This document shows positions 1-10,387 of a DNA stretch of 64,000 nt, piece after piece. Each line of letters starts with the position of its first letter. Position 1 is the first letter of the stretch. A program made the translations under genes and the position numbers. Where the stretch lies: contig NW_027362773.1 in NCBI RefSeq assembly GCF_046119375.1, positions 208,630,001 to 208,694,000 of the forward strand, read 5' to 3'. The stretch comes from Phyllobates terribilis. Lineage: Eukaryota. Under the pieces are notes generated by a model. It worked only from the letters and a program-made list of their open reading frames with translations. It did not search any database and was not told the origin of the DNA.

Positions 1-462
1 GCTCTGGAACTGCCCGGGAGTTGGCCGAGTCCCGCACCTGGTGGACGCAGCACGGCTTGGGTGGTCACTCTTGGCCGAAGTGACCGGAGCAACACCTGTG
101 AGTAAAAGCCTTGAAACTACACCGCACGTCTCTGAGCTTCCTTGCTTCACCATCACCACCACTGTCATCTACATCTGCTGCCCTGAGGCCATACCCCTCC
201 CGTTGGGGGTTATACCATCTACGCTGCACAATCCTATCACCGGCCTCAGCGGTCTGCCCTGCAGCGGCGGCCTCATAGCCGCAATCAACGGGTGGCGTAG
301 TCGAACATTTTAACATCTACTGCAAAACGCTGCCGCCTAGTTTGACTCCCTGGGCACGGACCGGGTCACCGCCACGAGACTACTACTCCCATCGGATCCG
401 GCTCCGGGTAAGCCCTCCCCCGTGCGCGCGATGCCGCGCAATGAAGGCCCAGGGGCGCGTCA
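1..462 (+). repeat. 5' LTR (3' part only; start lies before the window) of the LTR element at 1-4286
   Basis: No difference seen by eye from 3825-4286 (offset 3824). Ends ...GCGCGTCA and is followed 4 nt later by a PBS. Confidence 0.93.
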
Positions 463-466
463 ACTT

Positions 467-485
467 TGGCGTAGTCGGCAGGATT
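467..485 (+). promoter_or_regulatory. Primer-binding site complementary to the tRNA-Ser 3' end
   Basis: TGGCGTAGTCGGCAGGATT is the reverse complement of AATCCTGCCGACTACG-CCA, the vertebrate tRNA-Ser(AGA)-type 3' end. It sits just after the LTR's terminal CA. Confidence 0.9.
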
Positions 486-718
486 TCGTGCCCGCAACTA
501 CCGGGTACTGCGTGCCTGAAGAAAAGTTTATATGTACCGTAAGAAGAAGTCTCCCGCCAGTTCCAGAGGGTCCCCGCCATCGGACGCCATCTCGGGTCGT
601 TTCCCGCCGTTTGCCCGCCATCTGCAGCCTTTTCCCGCCATCCGCAGAGTTTCCCGCCATTAGGAGACGATTCCCGCCATCTGAGACGATTTCCCGCCCT
701 GGCAGAGCGGACGCCATT

Positions 719-2520
719 ATGGGCGTGCCAGAGGGTGGCAAGAGACGACCTCCCATCGTGGGCCTGGTCCCAGAAGAGCGCCAAAAGCAAAGACCGCCCC
801 CACCAGCAGAGACTGCAATGATAGAGATGTCCATCAGAGCGAGGGGTCTGCCCCTGGAACTGACAATCACCAAGTGGCCCCGGGACCACCCTCAGTATGG
901 GCGGATCAAGAACAAAAGAGAGAGGATGGGTGCAGCCTGGAGGAGTCTGGACAGATCGCACCCGGAGATGGAGGGAGAGTCAGGCAGCACCGACCCTCTG
1001 GTCAGGAGCCTGTTGCAGGCCGCCACCCCAGAAGGCCTGGTGGAGATCCTGGCACAGCTCCCCAAAGATCGGGAGCATGCACAGACCGCGCTGGAGGGCT
1101 TGGCTCGGAAGATGGCCCGAGTGCAGCAAGAAGTGCTGGCCGAGTGGAGCAGAGAAATGGCCCTACAGGCTGGAACCCGCCAGCAGAGGACGCCACCCGC
1201 AACGAGGAGCATGCCTGCCCCTGAAGATGGTGCAGGAAGAACGAAGGCCGGAGACGACGCCGTGGAGGGAGCCAAAGAGATGGAAGCAGGTAAAGGGGAC
1301 GTCACCACCCCGTGCCCCGTGGCCGAAAGCCTGTCCCAGCTCCCCGTCGCAGAGCCTGAAGTTCTACTTACCGCGCCCGTTGCTGCACCGCCACTGCTCC
1401 CAGCTAGGCCTCAAGCGGCAGAAGCCGCAGCCACGCCCCCTTCCGCGCTACGCTCCTTGACTCCGAGTACGGCGAAGCAGGAAACGCCACCGGCCTGGTC
1501 GCAAGGCCGAGTACCCCCGGGCGCCGCCGTTTCCACAGTGCCCTTCACCTTCAGAGCGCCACCGGCCTGGTCGCAAGGCCTGGTGAATCCGGGCGCCGCT
1601 ACCACCACCGCGCCCTCAACCTCCATAGTGCTACCCTTGGGTGAAGACCTGTTCGCACAACATACTTGCCCGGATGGGCAGTCCTTTGTGTGGCCACCAG
1701 AGTACGTCAATCCCCGACTCCGGAAGGAATGGCCCCTGTGTGAGCCCCTGATCCCGGCTCCGGGGCCTGCCAAGATCACCCCACTCCCGTTGGAGGAGGC
1801 TCAGTTCGCATGGGACCCCACCGGTGAAAACCTCATGGGGTTCACCCAAGAGACCCGGGCAGCCGCAGCCCAGCGTGTGGCGTGCTGCCGACAACAACTA
1901 GAGGTCTTCAACAAAGAACGGCAAGAGAGGCGGGTCCGCGAGGAGCGGCTGCAGGTACAGAGCGCGGAGCAGAAACGCCGGACCCGGCGAAACCCCCGTG
2001 TAGCCCACGGTCCACGCGCCACCGGGACCGTAATCAAGTTCCAACTGGAGCACGGTTGGGGCTTTATCCGGGATCACAGAACCCCCGGCGACGTCTTTGT
2101 CACCCGCAGGGATGTCGAGAGCCATCTGCCGGAGGGACACCGAGGACATGACCTTTACCCGGGTGACGAGGTCACCTTCACCCGGCATCAGTGTGCTAAA
2201 GCAGGGTTCCCCAACTCCAGTCCTCAAGGCCCACCAACAGGTCATGTTTTCAGGATTTCCTTAGTATTGCACAGGTGATGGAATTATTGCCTGTGCAGGT
2301 GATGCAATTATCACCTGTGTAATACTAAGGAAATCCTGAAAACATGACCTGTTGGTGGGCCTTGAGGACTGGAGTTGGGGAACCCTACGCTAAAGGACCG
2401 TACGCCCTTCACGTGCACCGGTTAACGGAGGAAGAGCTGCGGTATGAGGAAGATCAAGAGGACCCGGACGGGTCTGAAGACTACCCTCAGGAGGAGACAA
2501 GGAGAGGACACCGCTGCTGA
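719..2520 (+). CDS. LTR-element ORF, about 535 aa when reconstructed: helical N-terminus, Pro/Ala-rich linker, charged coiled-coil, cold-shock domain, acidic tail; interrupted by a MITE at 2202-2387
   Basis: First ATG after the PBS is at 719. CSD: ATGTVIKFQLEHGWGFIRDHRTPGDVFVTRRDV...LYPGDEVTF (RNP1/RNP2-like). Removing the MITE and one TSD gives in-frame ...QCAK-GPYALHVHRL...RGHRC* (stop 2518-2520). Confidence 0.8.
2202..2387. mobile_element. hAT-type palindromic MITE (186 bp) inserted in the cold-shock domain
   Basis: Long TIRs CAGGGTTCCCCAACTCCAGTCC... 8-bp TSD TGCTAAAG/CGCTAAAG. Same family as 7209-7394. Confidence 0.9.
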
Positions 2521-3068
2521 AGGGAAGTAGCATAAACTGAAGCTGTATATAGTTACCCGTAGGGGTATTTGTCATACTGCTAATTAAAGTGTGTTCCCCG
2601 TCGGGACTAGTGTGAATTGTTCCCCGTGTGCCCCTATCCCCACAGGCTGAGGACTGTGAGCAGCCATTCCTTATCCCCACAGGCTGAGGACTGTGAGCAG
2701 CCATTCCCCTGTTCCCACTGGCCGAGGACTGAGAGCGGCCATATCCTGTGGTTAGTTGCGCTTCCTAAGGCGCCCCCTACCGGTTTTATAGGAGAACTGT
2801 TTTTCTATCAGTGATTGTGGCACTTTACCTGGTCACAAGTTGCACGGTGGCCAGGGATCAAGAACGTTTATTATGGAAAAGTTTTATATCAAAAGTTTAT
2901 ACTGCTAGAATAATATATAAGAAGTTACCTGTCATGTTATATTTACTGATAATGTTTTACCTGTTAGTGTATGTTTTAAAAGAAAAAAAAAAAAAAAAAA
3001 GTTTGTAAGTTTTGGTATGTTTTACTCTTTTCCAGCCCGAGGACGTTCTGTGGTTTACCAGGGGGGAA

Positions 3069-4286
3069 TGTAGCACCCCGAGGATTCGGCTGCTACAGGG
3101 GTATTGCACCTCAAACCAGAGGTGTGGTATTCCACTCCCGGGTAAGGATGGAGTGTGGGACTGAGCTCAGATAGCTGCATGCACTACACTCACCCCATTT
3201 CCGGGGGACAGAACAACGGTACTCCCACCAAATAGTTGTGCAGGTACGACAGCGTCTGTCCCTGGCTGGAGTGGGGAGGGGGGAGGAACATCCCAGTAGT
3301 GTAGGGGCAGATAGGGGAGGGGCTCTGGGCATAGAGGTAGGAGCCCATTGGGTGCTAGTCACCTGGGCTCACACATAGAGGGAGTATATATGGTGGGCAC
3401 CATCTAGAGACAGGGGTGAGTTCTGAGAGAGAGTTCAGCCAGGAGGGCTGACAGGGAGCTGTGGCTCCGGCTGGGCCCAGCTCCAGGGCCAGGCCTGTAG
3501 TGGAGAAAAGGAGGAAGAGAGGCCCAGAGACACAAGACAAGAGGGAACCCTGAGATCCCAGAAGTAAACCAGAAGGGTGAAGGGTTGGCAGAAAAGGGTA
3601 CCGGATCCCAAGCTGGTAGAGGCTAATCATCCTTAGCCAGGAACCGGAGGTCGTGGACAAGTTTTGGCGCGACCCCTCGCCATATCCACCAGGAAGGCAG
3701 ACCACGAATAGGGTCAGGGAAGCCGGGACAGGTTTCGCCACCAAAAGGCCCGAGGGAGCCGGACATAGGTGGGTCCCTGGTGAGGACGGCCAGTAGGAAG
3801 GAAGAGAGGGGAGCTCAGGACCACGCTCTGGAACTGCCCGGGAGTTGGCCGAGTCCCGCACCTGGTGGACGCAGCACGGCTTGGGTGGTCACTCTTGGCC
3901 GAAGTGACCGGAGCAACACCTGTGAGTAAAAGCCTTGAAACTACACCGCACGTCTCTGAGCTTCCTTGCTTCACCATCACCACCACTGTCATCTACATCT
4001 GCTGCCCTGAGGCCATACCCCTCCCGTTGGGGGTTATACCATCTACGCTGCACAATCCTATCACCGGCCTCAGCGGTCTGCCCTGCAGCGGCGGCCTCAT
4101 AGCCGCAATCAACGGGTGGCGTAGTCGAACATTTTAACATCTACTGCAAAACGCTGCCGCCTAGTTTGACTCCCTGGGCACGGACCGGGTCACCGCCACG
4201 AGACTACTACTCCCATCGGATCCGGCTCCGGGTAAGCCCTCCCCCGTGCGCGCGATGCCGCGCAATGAAGGCCCAGGGGCGCGTCA
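3069..4286 (+). repeat. 3' LTR, 1218 bp (TG...CA)
   Basis: Preceded by a polypurine tract; its 3' 462 bp match window positions 1-462. Confidence 0.92.
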
Positions 4287-5785
4287 GAGAACGAGACTGT
4301 GATCTTGGATTTATACAGGACTTGTGTCATGGACACCTGTGGGCTAGACAAGCTGGCGCATTTGGGGGAGACAGGTCAAGACAGCGTCTTCTCTTCAAGT
4401 ATCTTTTGTATGATAACTAACATTCCAAGAAGTTAATTACGCAAATGGATATTAACCAATAAGAAATAAAGTGACTCTATTGTATTCTAAGAGGATAAAA
4501 AGTCCGGTGATGTACAATAAGTTAGACAATGCTTATGATCAATGACTTCTCCACTTTCTGCTACCTTGTTTCAGATGACACCGTGCCTTGGGAGATAATT
4601 TTTCTAACAGCTTAGTCCTTCAAGCCGGAACCCAAGATCTCTCCCGCCCTTCAGGGTCGAGGCTGACACCGTGCACGGGGTGGCTAAAGGCTACTTTTTC
4701 CAAGACCTCCGGCTGAATTGCCGTAAAAAGAGGCCAGCCTCTCTGGACCCCGGGAGGGTGACTGGTTCTTGAACTGAGAGGACGGTGTCATCTGAATCAA
4801 GGTAGTTCTTTATTCTTCTCTTGCAGCAAGTGAACAAGGCATTGGTCATAAGCATTGTCCAACTTATTGCACATCACCGGACTTTTTATACTCTTAGAAT
4901 ACAATAGAGTCACTCAGATATACTTGTCTCTTTTTTATTGGTTAATATCGATTTGCCAAATTAACTTCTTGGAATGTTAGTTATCATACATAAGATACTT
5001 GAAGCGATGACGCTGTCTTGACCGATCTCCCCCGAATGCGCCTGCTTATCTAACCCTCAGGTGTCCATGACACAAGTCCTGTATAAATCCCAGACCACAG
5101 TCTCATTCTATCTCTATCCCATAAACAGGTTTGATAAATACAAATCTACAAACATTCTTTTATCCTTTCCATGAGAACATCTCTTGGAAATGCATTTTGC
5201 TACATCCTTTAACTCTTGATTTTCCTTACATTTCCCTCCTGTTTACACAAAATGTATCCCAAAAAGTTCACATTAAATCAATTCTTTCTCTTCATCAGTT
5301 ATGATAGGTCCAAATGGTTCCTCATGCTGATACATGGTTTTAGTTATAGCGGTGTCAATCAGTCTCTGGGGAATGGTTAGAATGCATGAGTTACATTGCA
5401 AAAACTATAGAAGAAAAAATTAACTGCATCGCCTGTGCACGAGCAAGGGCCGGGTTGGGGACTGCACCTTTTCAGATTAATATGGGCAATGATCCTGAGG
5501 GTTTGCAATGCATCTTATAGCTGTACAAAGACTCCAATGCTTCCACCACTTATAAAGGGAAAACGTTATCTTTGTTGTATCCCCGTTACGGGAAAAGATG
5601 TGCCCCCGCTTGTGACAGCATACCCAGGAAACTACACATGCTTCATCAGAGAGACGGACGGGAGAAATGTAAAAACGCTTGGCAAGGACTTCTGTGCCTA
5701 TACCATAAACCCGTGCCTTGGGAGATAATTTTTCTAACAGCTTGGTCTTTTGAGCCGGAACCCAAGATCTCTCCCGCCCTCCAGT
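4287..5785. mobile_element. Scrambled endogenous retrovirus relic: partial LTR (+, 4287-4584), 3' LTR (-, 5230 to 4719), env TM-tail fragment (-, about 5368 to 5273), env SU-like fragment (+, about 5371-5710)
   Basis: Minus strand reads QRLIDTAITKTMYQ...* then PPT AGGAGGGAAA, then TGTAAGG with CCAAT, TATAAAA, AATAAA, ending CA. Plus strand reads WLECMSYIAKT...NCIACARARAGLGTAPF...PGNYTCF, resembling fish/amphibian ERV env SU (with a stop and a frameshift). Confidence 0.6.
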
Positions 5786-6155
5786 GGTGCAGCCACCACT
5801 AGAGGGAGCTCATATCCCATCGAGTGCAAGGTATATCCAGTACACAGTAGGATCCAGAGCTCCCTCTAGTGGTCACAGCAGACAGCTAGAATATTACCTT
5901 TAGGTATAAATACATTTCATGGTCACATAAGAATCTGTGAGCCCATAAAGTTTTTTTTTTATTCAAAATTGCAAATTATTCCCCATCCATAAGATAGTGG
6001 TTAACTTGCTAACAGCTGAGGGTATGACCGCTGGGACCCCCAGAACGGGTCTGTCTTGATTAGCACAGAGGTGTACCTGCTCAACTTATGGATAGGTTAT
6101 AATTTGCGATTTTGAGAAACAATCCTTTAAGATAGTGGTCGGCCTTCCTTCTTAC

Positions 6156-9100
6156 CTGTATGTGTCCTAATATGTCCTTGTAGAAGCCAAGGTCTGGAGA
6201 AGGCTTTGCCGCATATCCGGCATGCACAGGGCAGCGTATGAGTGCGGATGTGCATCTTTAGGGCACCCAGGCTACTGTAGGATTTGGAACAATGGGGGCA
6301 ACTAAAATACCGACAGTTCCTTATTTTGTTCCCGGGGAATAATCCATCTGCTTTTGGAAAGTCTAAGCACCCAACAGAATCTGGAACATACGGCGATTCT
6401 TCCTGAGAGCTGGAGTTGCATGCGGCTTTATTCCCGGGCGCGGGGCATCCTCCGTCGGATGTTCTGCCCCTGAGAGGCATGTTCAGGTTGTTCATATTGT
6501 CTTTCAGAGGTAATCCATTTGGCAAAATTAGCAAAGCGTCGCTCCTTCTAATTTCCAGCGGGTTAAGCAATGTTTTATTAACGTGATCGCCTTGTCCTCT
6601 TTCCACTTGGATCTGTGACGTAGCGTCTCGTGTTTGCCGCTGATCTGCCATCTCTTGTCTCGGAGGAGAGGTGTCTGGGTTCTGATATAGCGACGGCACC
6701 GGTCCTGCACCAAAAGCACACAACATGATAACACCACGGATATTGGGCTGCTCGACGTGGTCAAAGATCGCAGCATGCAAAGTACTGCAACAAGCAAGCT
6801 GCAAAAGTTGGATTATTTGCAACTTGCTTGTTATGACTCCTTGCAGGTTGCAGTGCGACCACAAATACTTGCATGTAGCTGAATGAGCAAAAGATGCCGC
6901 CAGCATTTTAATGTTGCAAGTACATGGGGTCTGTTGACTAATTTTTGAGAATCACTTTCCATCAGGAGTCATCTGCAATACACCATTCTCTCCACCTGGT
7001 GTCCCTGCTTCGCAGTCCTAGCTCCTGTAAAACTTGCTAGAAATGACAGATAATTGTGTCAGTTATTAAATGGGTTTTTCGAGTTTCAGAACCCCTCCTA
7101 AAAAAAAAACACTAAATGTCCTTTACCCACCCTCCCTTGGTCCATACCTGAGTCTCCGCTGCTGCTCCTGATGTTTGTCATTGTCTGCAGCATTTATATT
7201 ACTTAGACCAGGGTTCCCCAACTCCAGTCCTCAAGGCCCACCAACAGGTCATGTTTTCAGGATTTCCTTAGTATTGCACAGGTGATAATTCCATCATCAG
7301 CACAGGCAATAGTTACATCACCTGTGCAATACTAAGGAAATCCTGAAAACATGACCTGTTGGTGGGCCTTGAGGACTGGAGTTGGGGAACCCTGACTTAG
7401 ACAGCATTGCAGCTAATTATAGCTGCCTCCTTCCAAAAACAGCACCACCTTTATCGACAGGTTGTGTGTGGTATTGCAGCTTGGCATCATTCAGTTTAAT
7501 TGAGCTGTGCTGCATTACGGGGGGTAATCTGCAGACTGTTTTTTTTTTTTGGAAGACAGAGATGTCTTTCTGACCAGATTTAAGGATCAGGTACGATAAT
7601 GGCACATGTGTGTTTTGGAGCTAGGTTTTGTAAAATCCAACTCTTGTACCATCAGAAGCTCAGGCTGCTTCTTCTTCATCCCCTATGCTTTACACTGCAG
7701 CTCTGCTGCTTCACACTAGCTGTGTATAGACATATGCTGACTATGCTGTGTATCTGGGGTCTCTGGATTTCTATTATGTACCTATATAGCAAATGTACCA
7801 AAATGTCTAGAGGGAGAGGGTAGGGAGGGAGAATCGCAGGGGTCAGCAACCTGCAGCACCGCAGCTGTTGTGAAACTACAACTCCCAGCAATCTCTGCCA
7901 GCTGCAGGTTGCTTAGGCGGCTGTTAGGACATGCTGGGACTTGTTGTTTCACAGTAGCTGGAGTGTTAACCTCTGGTACAGAGAAGGATGTGGTCTGTGT
8001 ATCGCAAAAAACTCAGCTCTAATAACTGTGAAATGGTAATTACTGACAATTTCCTACAAGGAAGGACAGCTCCGGAGCACAAAATTCTGCTCTTAACAAG
8101 TGACCAAAACTGAAATTTCCTACAATTAAAGTATGAAGTACAGCTCTGGAGCACAAAATGCTGCTCTTAAGTGAACAAAACTGAAATTTCCAGCAATTAC
8201 AGTATGAAGTACAGCTCCGGAGCACAAAATGCTGCTCTTAACAAGTGACCAAAAGTGAAATTTTCTTGAACCTAGAAAGCGTTATTACATCGGTGTGGAG
8301 ATTTAATTTACTAAGAAGCTTTTTACACCCTAGAATAAAACTGTTCTTCATCTTCCTCTTTTTTTAGGATCCAAAAAAGGCACAAATGTGACTAATTCGC
8401 TGTTACAGACACATCACGGTGTCAATCTGATAAGCCCAGCTCAAAATAAGGGGAAAAAAAATATTTTTTTTTTCCTATAACTGAATCGGTGCCTGAGCTG
8501 CTGCGGAACATCCCAGCGCTGTGCATTAAGAGACTGTGAAGAGAATAACCAGTCTTTTGTATATGGATAATTAATATCCCCTTGTGGCATAAATCCCACC
8601 CGCGTCATATAGGGGGCAGACTATTCGGAGACGGAAGGAGTGAGCTGCAGGTGCATGTGGTATGTGGTCACGGTGCAGTCACACGTCTCTCCGGCTGCAC
8701 CTGCTCCTCCGCTCCCAGAAATAGGAATTAGTTCCAGCAAGAAATCCCAGCACAAAAGCATTTCTGGGGGGCGAGAATTCACAGGGGTCGCCCACTAACA
8801 AGATAAAGTATTCTAGTTATCTGGTGTTTACTGTCCTCTATAGCGGGGACACCAGTTGTCCCCAACCCTGATCCACGGCTTCATTATCCAGCCTTGGAAT
8901 TTTGGAGCTTTCATTGAAAATTTCCATTTTTTTTTAGTATTTTCAGATCATTTTTTTGTGAATGTATTTTCTCTGTATCGGACCGGGAAAATGTAAAATA
9001 TTGCGAAAAAAAAAAAGTTTAATAAACTTCAGTAGATTGTAAAGTGATCCGGTTCTGGGAGCAAAGACTATTTTCGGGATGGGGGACACCAATTGGAAAA

Positions 9101-10094
9101 GCAGCAAAAATGGACGGTTCTTTAACATTGAAACTAGTTTGTTTTAGGAGAACTAGAAAATACGCCAGAATATATATATTTTTTGTTTAGGGCATAAAAC
9201 TTTTTAAAGGGATTTTACAAAACGTAACCAATAGTAGGAAATATTATAAAACAATAAAATAAATGACCATTAGGGTTGGATGGCCGCTGTCCGGTCCATG
9301 AATTACGTAACCAATTATTGTGGTCACGTGGTGCACATGATCCCCGCAGGAACCGCAGAATTTTATAACAATTCTCACTCTTGGCCAAATTTTGTAAAAT
9401 CACAGAAAGTGCCTTTAAGTGTCCAGAGGGAGTGGTGAAAAGAAATCCGAAAAAGTGACAGATACATAAGCAGGGTCCTCATTTTTTTTGAGAATTGACA
9501 GACATGCTCAGCAATCTATTATTCCAAATGTTGAAAAGTTGGGTGCAATTGTCAGAAAAGTGTGAATTTCCCCCGTTGTGTTTTTGCATTGTCTGATAGA
9601 TTTTTCTCAATTATCTGCAAGCTAATATCCAACGGGAAAGGAAAAATTAACTATAGCCTTTTTTTGGGCCAGATCTAGTCAAGAGCGATGGATATTACTT
9701 ATAATAATAGGAGAAAGGGACGGCAATAAATCACTGTATTAATTAAGGGGTCAGCACCCTTATTAGGGAGTAGGCGTAAAAATATCCATAAACTAGAATG
9801 ACAGCAATGGAGAAATGCCGAGGATTCATGTGATAAATATAAAGTAACGATATATATTTATGTAGATACAATGCAGATACTTTATATTTATAAACAGAGA
9901 CAGATGTTTACAAATATAAAGTAACTTTTTTCTATCTAGTATTTCCAGCTGACAGTCTCATACAATACATGAGGGATATGGGGGATATTCATTATCTGGG
10001 GTGTGTGTCCCTTACCTGCCTGCGCCTCCAGCAGTTGTCCATAGTTGGGGATCCTGTGGCTGCAGGGCTTCTTTACCAGGAAAGACCTGGGCAT
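6156..10094 (-). CDS. SNAI3: Snail family zinc finger 3, partial: exon 1 10094-10016, exon 2 about 6704 (or 6878) to 6156; last exon not found in the window
   Basis: SNAG domain [21 protein letters not shown]; [12 protein letters not shown] resembles human SNAI3 PLKDSLNHLNLP; fingers CPHC...HIRTH and [23 protein letters not shown]; GT donors at 10015 and 6155; position next to RNF166 as in mammals. Exon 2 acceptor is ambiguous. Confidence 0.9.
7209..7394. mobile_element. hAT-type palindromic MITE (186 bp) in SNAI3 intron 1
   Basis: TIRs CAGGGTTCCCCAAC...GTTGGGGAACCCTG with a perfect 8-bp TSD ACTTAGAC. Confidence 0.93.
8040..8265. repeat. Degenerate tandem repeat, about 55-60 bp unit, 3-4 copies
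   Basis: Recurring GAAGTACAGCTC(T/C)GGAGCACAAAATGCTGCTCTTAA...AAAACTGAAATTTCC. Confidence 0.75.
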
Positions 10095-10387
10095 CCTCTG
10101 CCACTGTCCCCGAGCCCAGGACAGTCACAATCTGGGGAGACATTCTCTGGATACATTACCACGCTGCCTCCAGCACGGCCAATGGAGAGAGGAGACAAGT
10201 GCAAGGGGGCGAGGTGGGAGGAGGGTCCGTCCTATGCTTCCAGCTGCAGCAGGTGCTTATAGAGAATATCCTGGCAGAGAGGGTGGGGGGCGCGCCGAGC
10301 CTCCGCAGGGGGCTGCGTTATACACTAGTAATGGATTTTATAATATATAATCTGGCCTGATTTAAATAAATATATAAATGAAATAAA

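Larger units (their letters stand above)
1..4286 (+). mobile_element. Non-autonomous LTR retrotransposon (probably Gypsy-type) with a single ORF ending in a cold-shock domain
   Basis: LTR-PBS-2.6 kb internal region-PPT (AGGGGGGAA, 3060-3068)-LTR (TG 3069...CA 4286, 1218 bp). No RT, IN, PR or CCHC motifs seen in the internal region. Confidence 0.88.

Noticed and set aside
1-462. Duplication of 1-462 at 3825-4286 as an assembly artefact, and its 83-90 aa ORFs as genes
   Set aside because: TG...CA ends, PBS and PPT show these are paired LTRs; the small ORFs have no recognisable motifs.
422-718. ORF-track start at 422 for the 618-aa protein
   Set aside because: It begins inside the LTR and runs through the PBS and repetitive leader; the C-terminal 25 aa come from the MITE. 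ATG 719 is the more plausible start, though not proven.
2645-2740. CTGAGGA motifs as hammerhead cores
   Set aside because: No downstream GAAA or stem III; treated as simple stem-loops.
6127-6906. 259-aa ORF as an intronless Snail retrogene or SNAI1/SNAI2
   Set aside because: A SNAG exon with a splice donor exists at 10094-10016, there is a donor at 6155, and sequence plus synteny point to SNAI3. The ORF's N-terminus is probably intronic.
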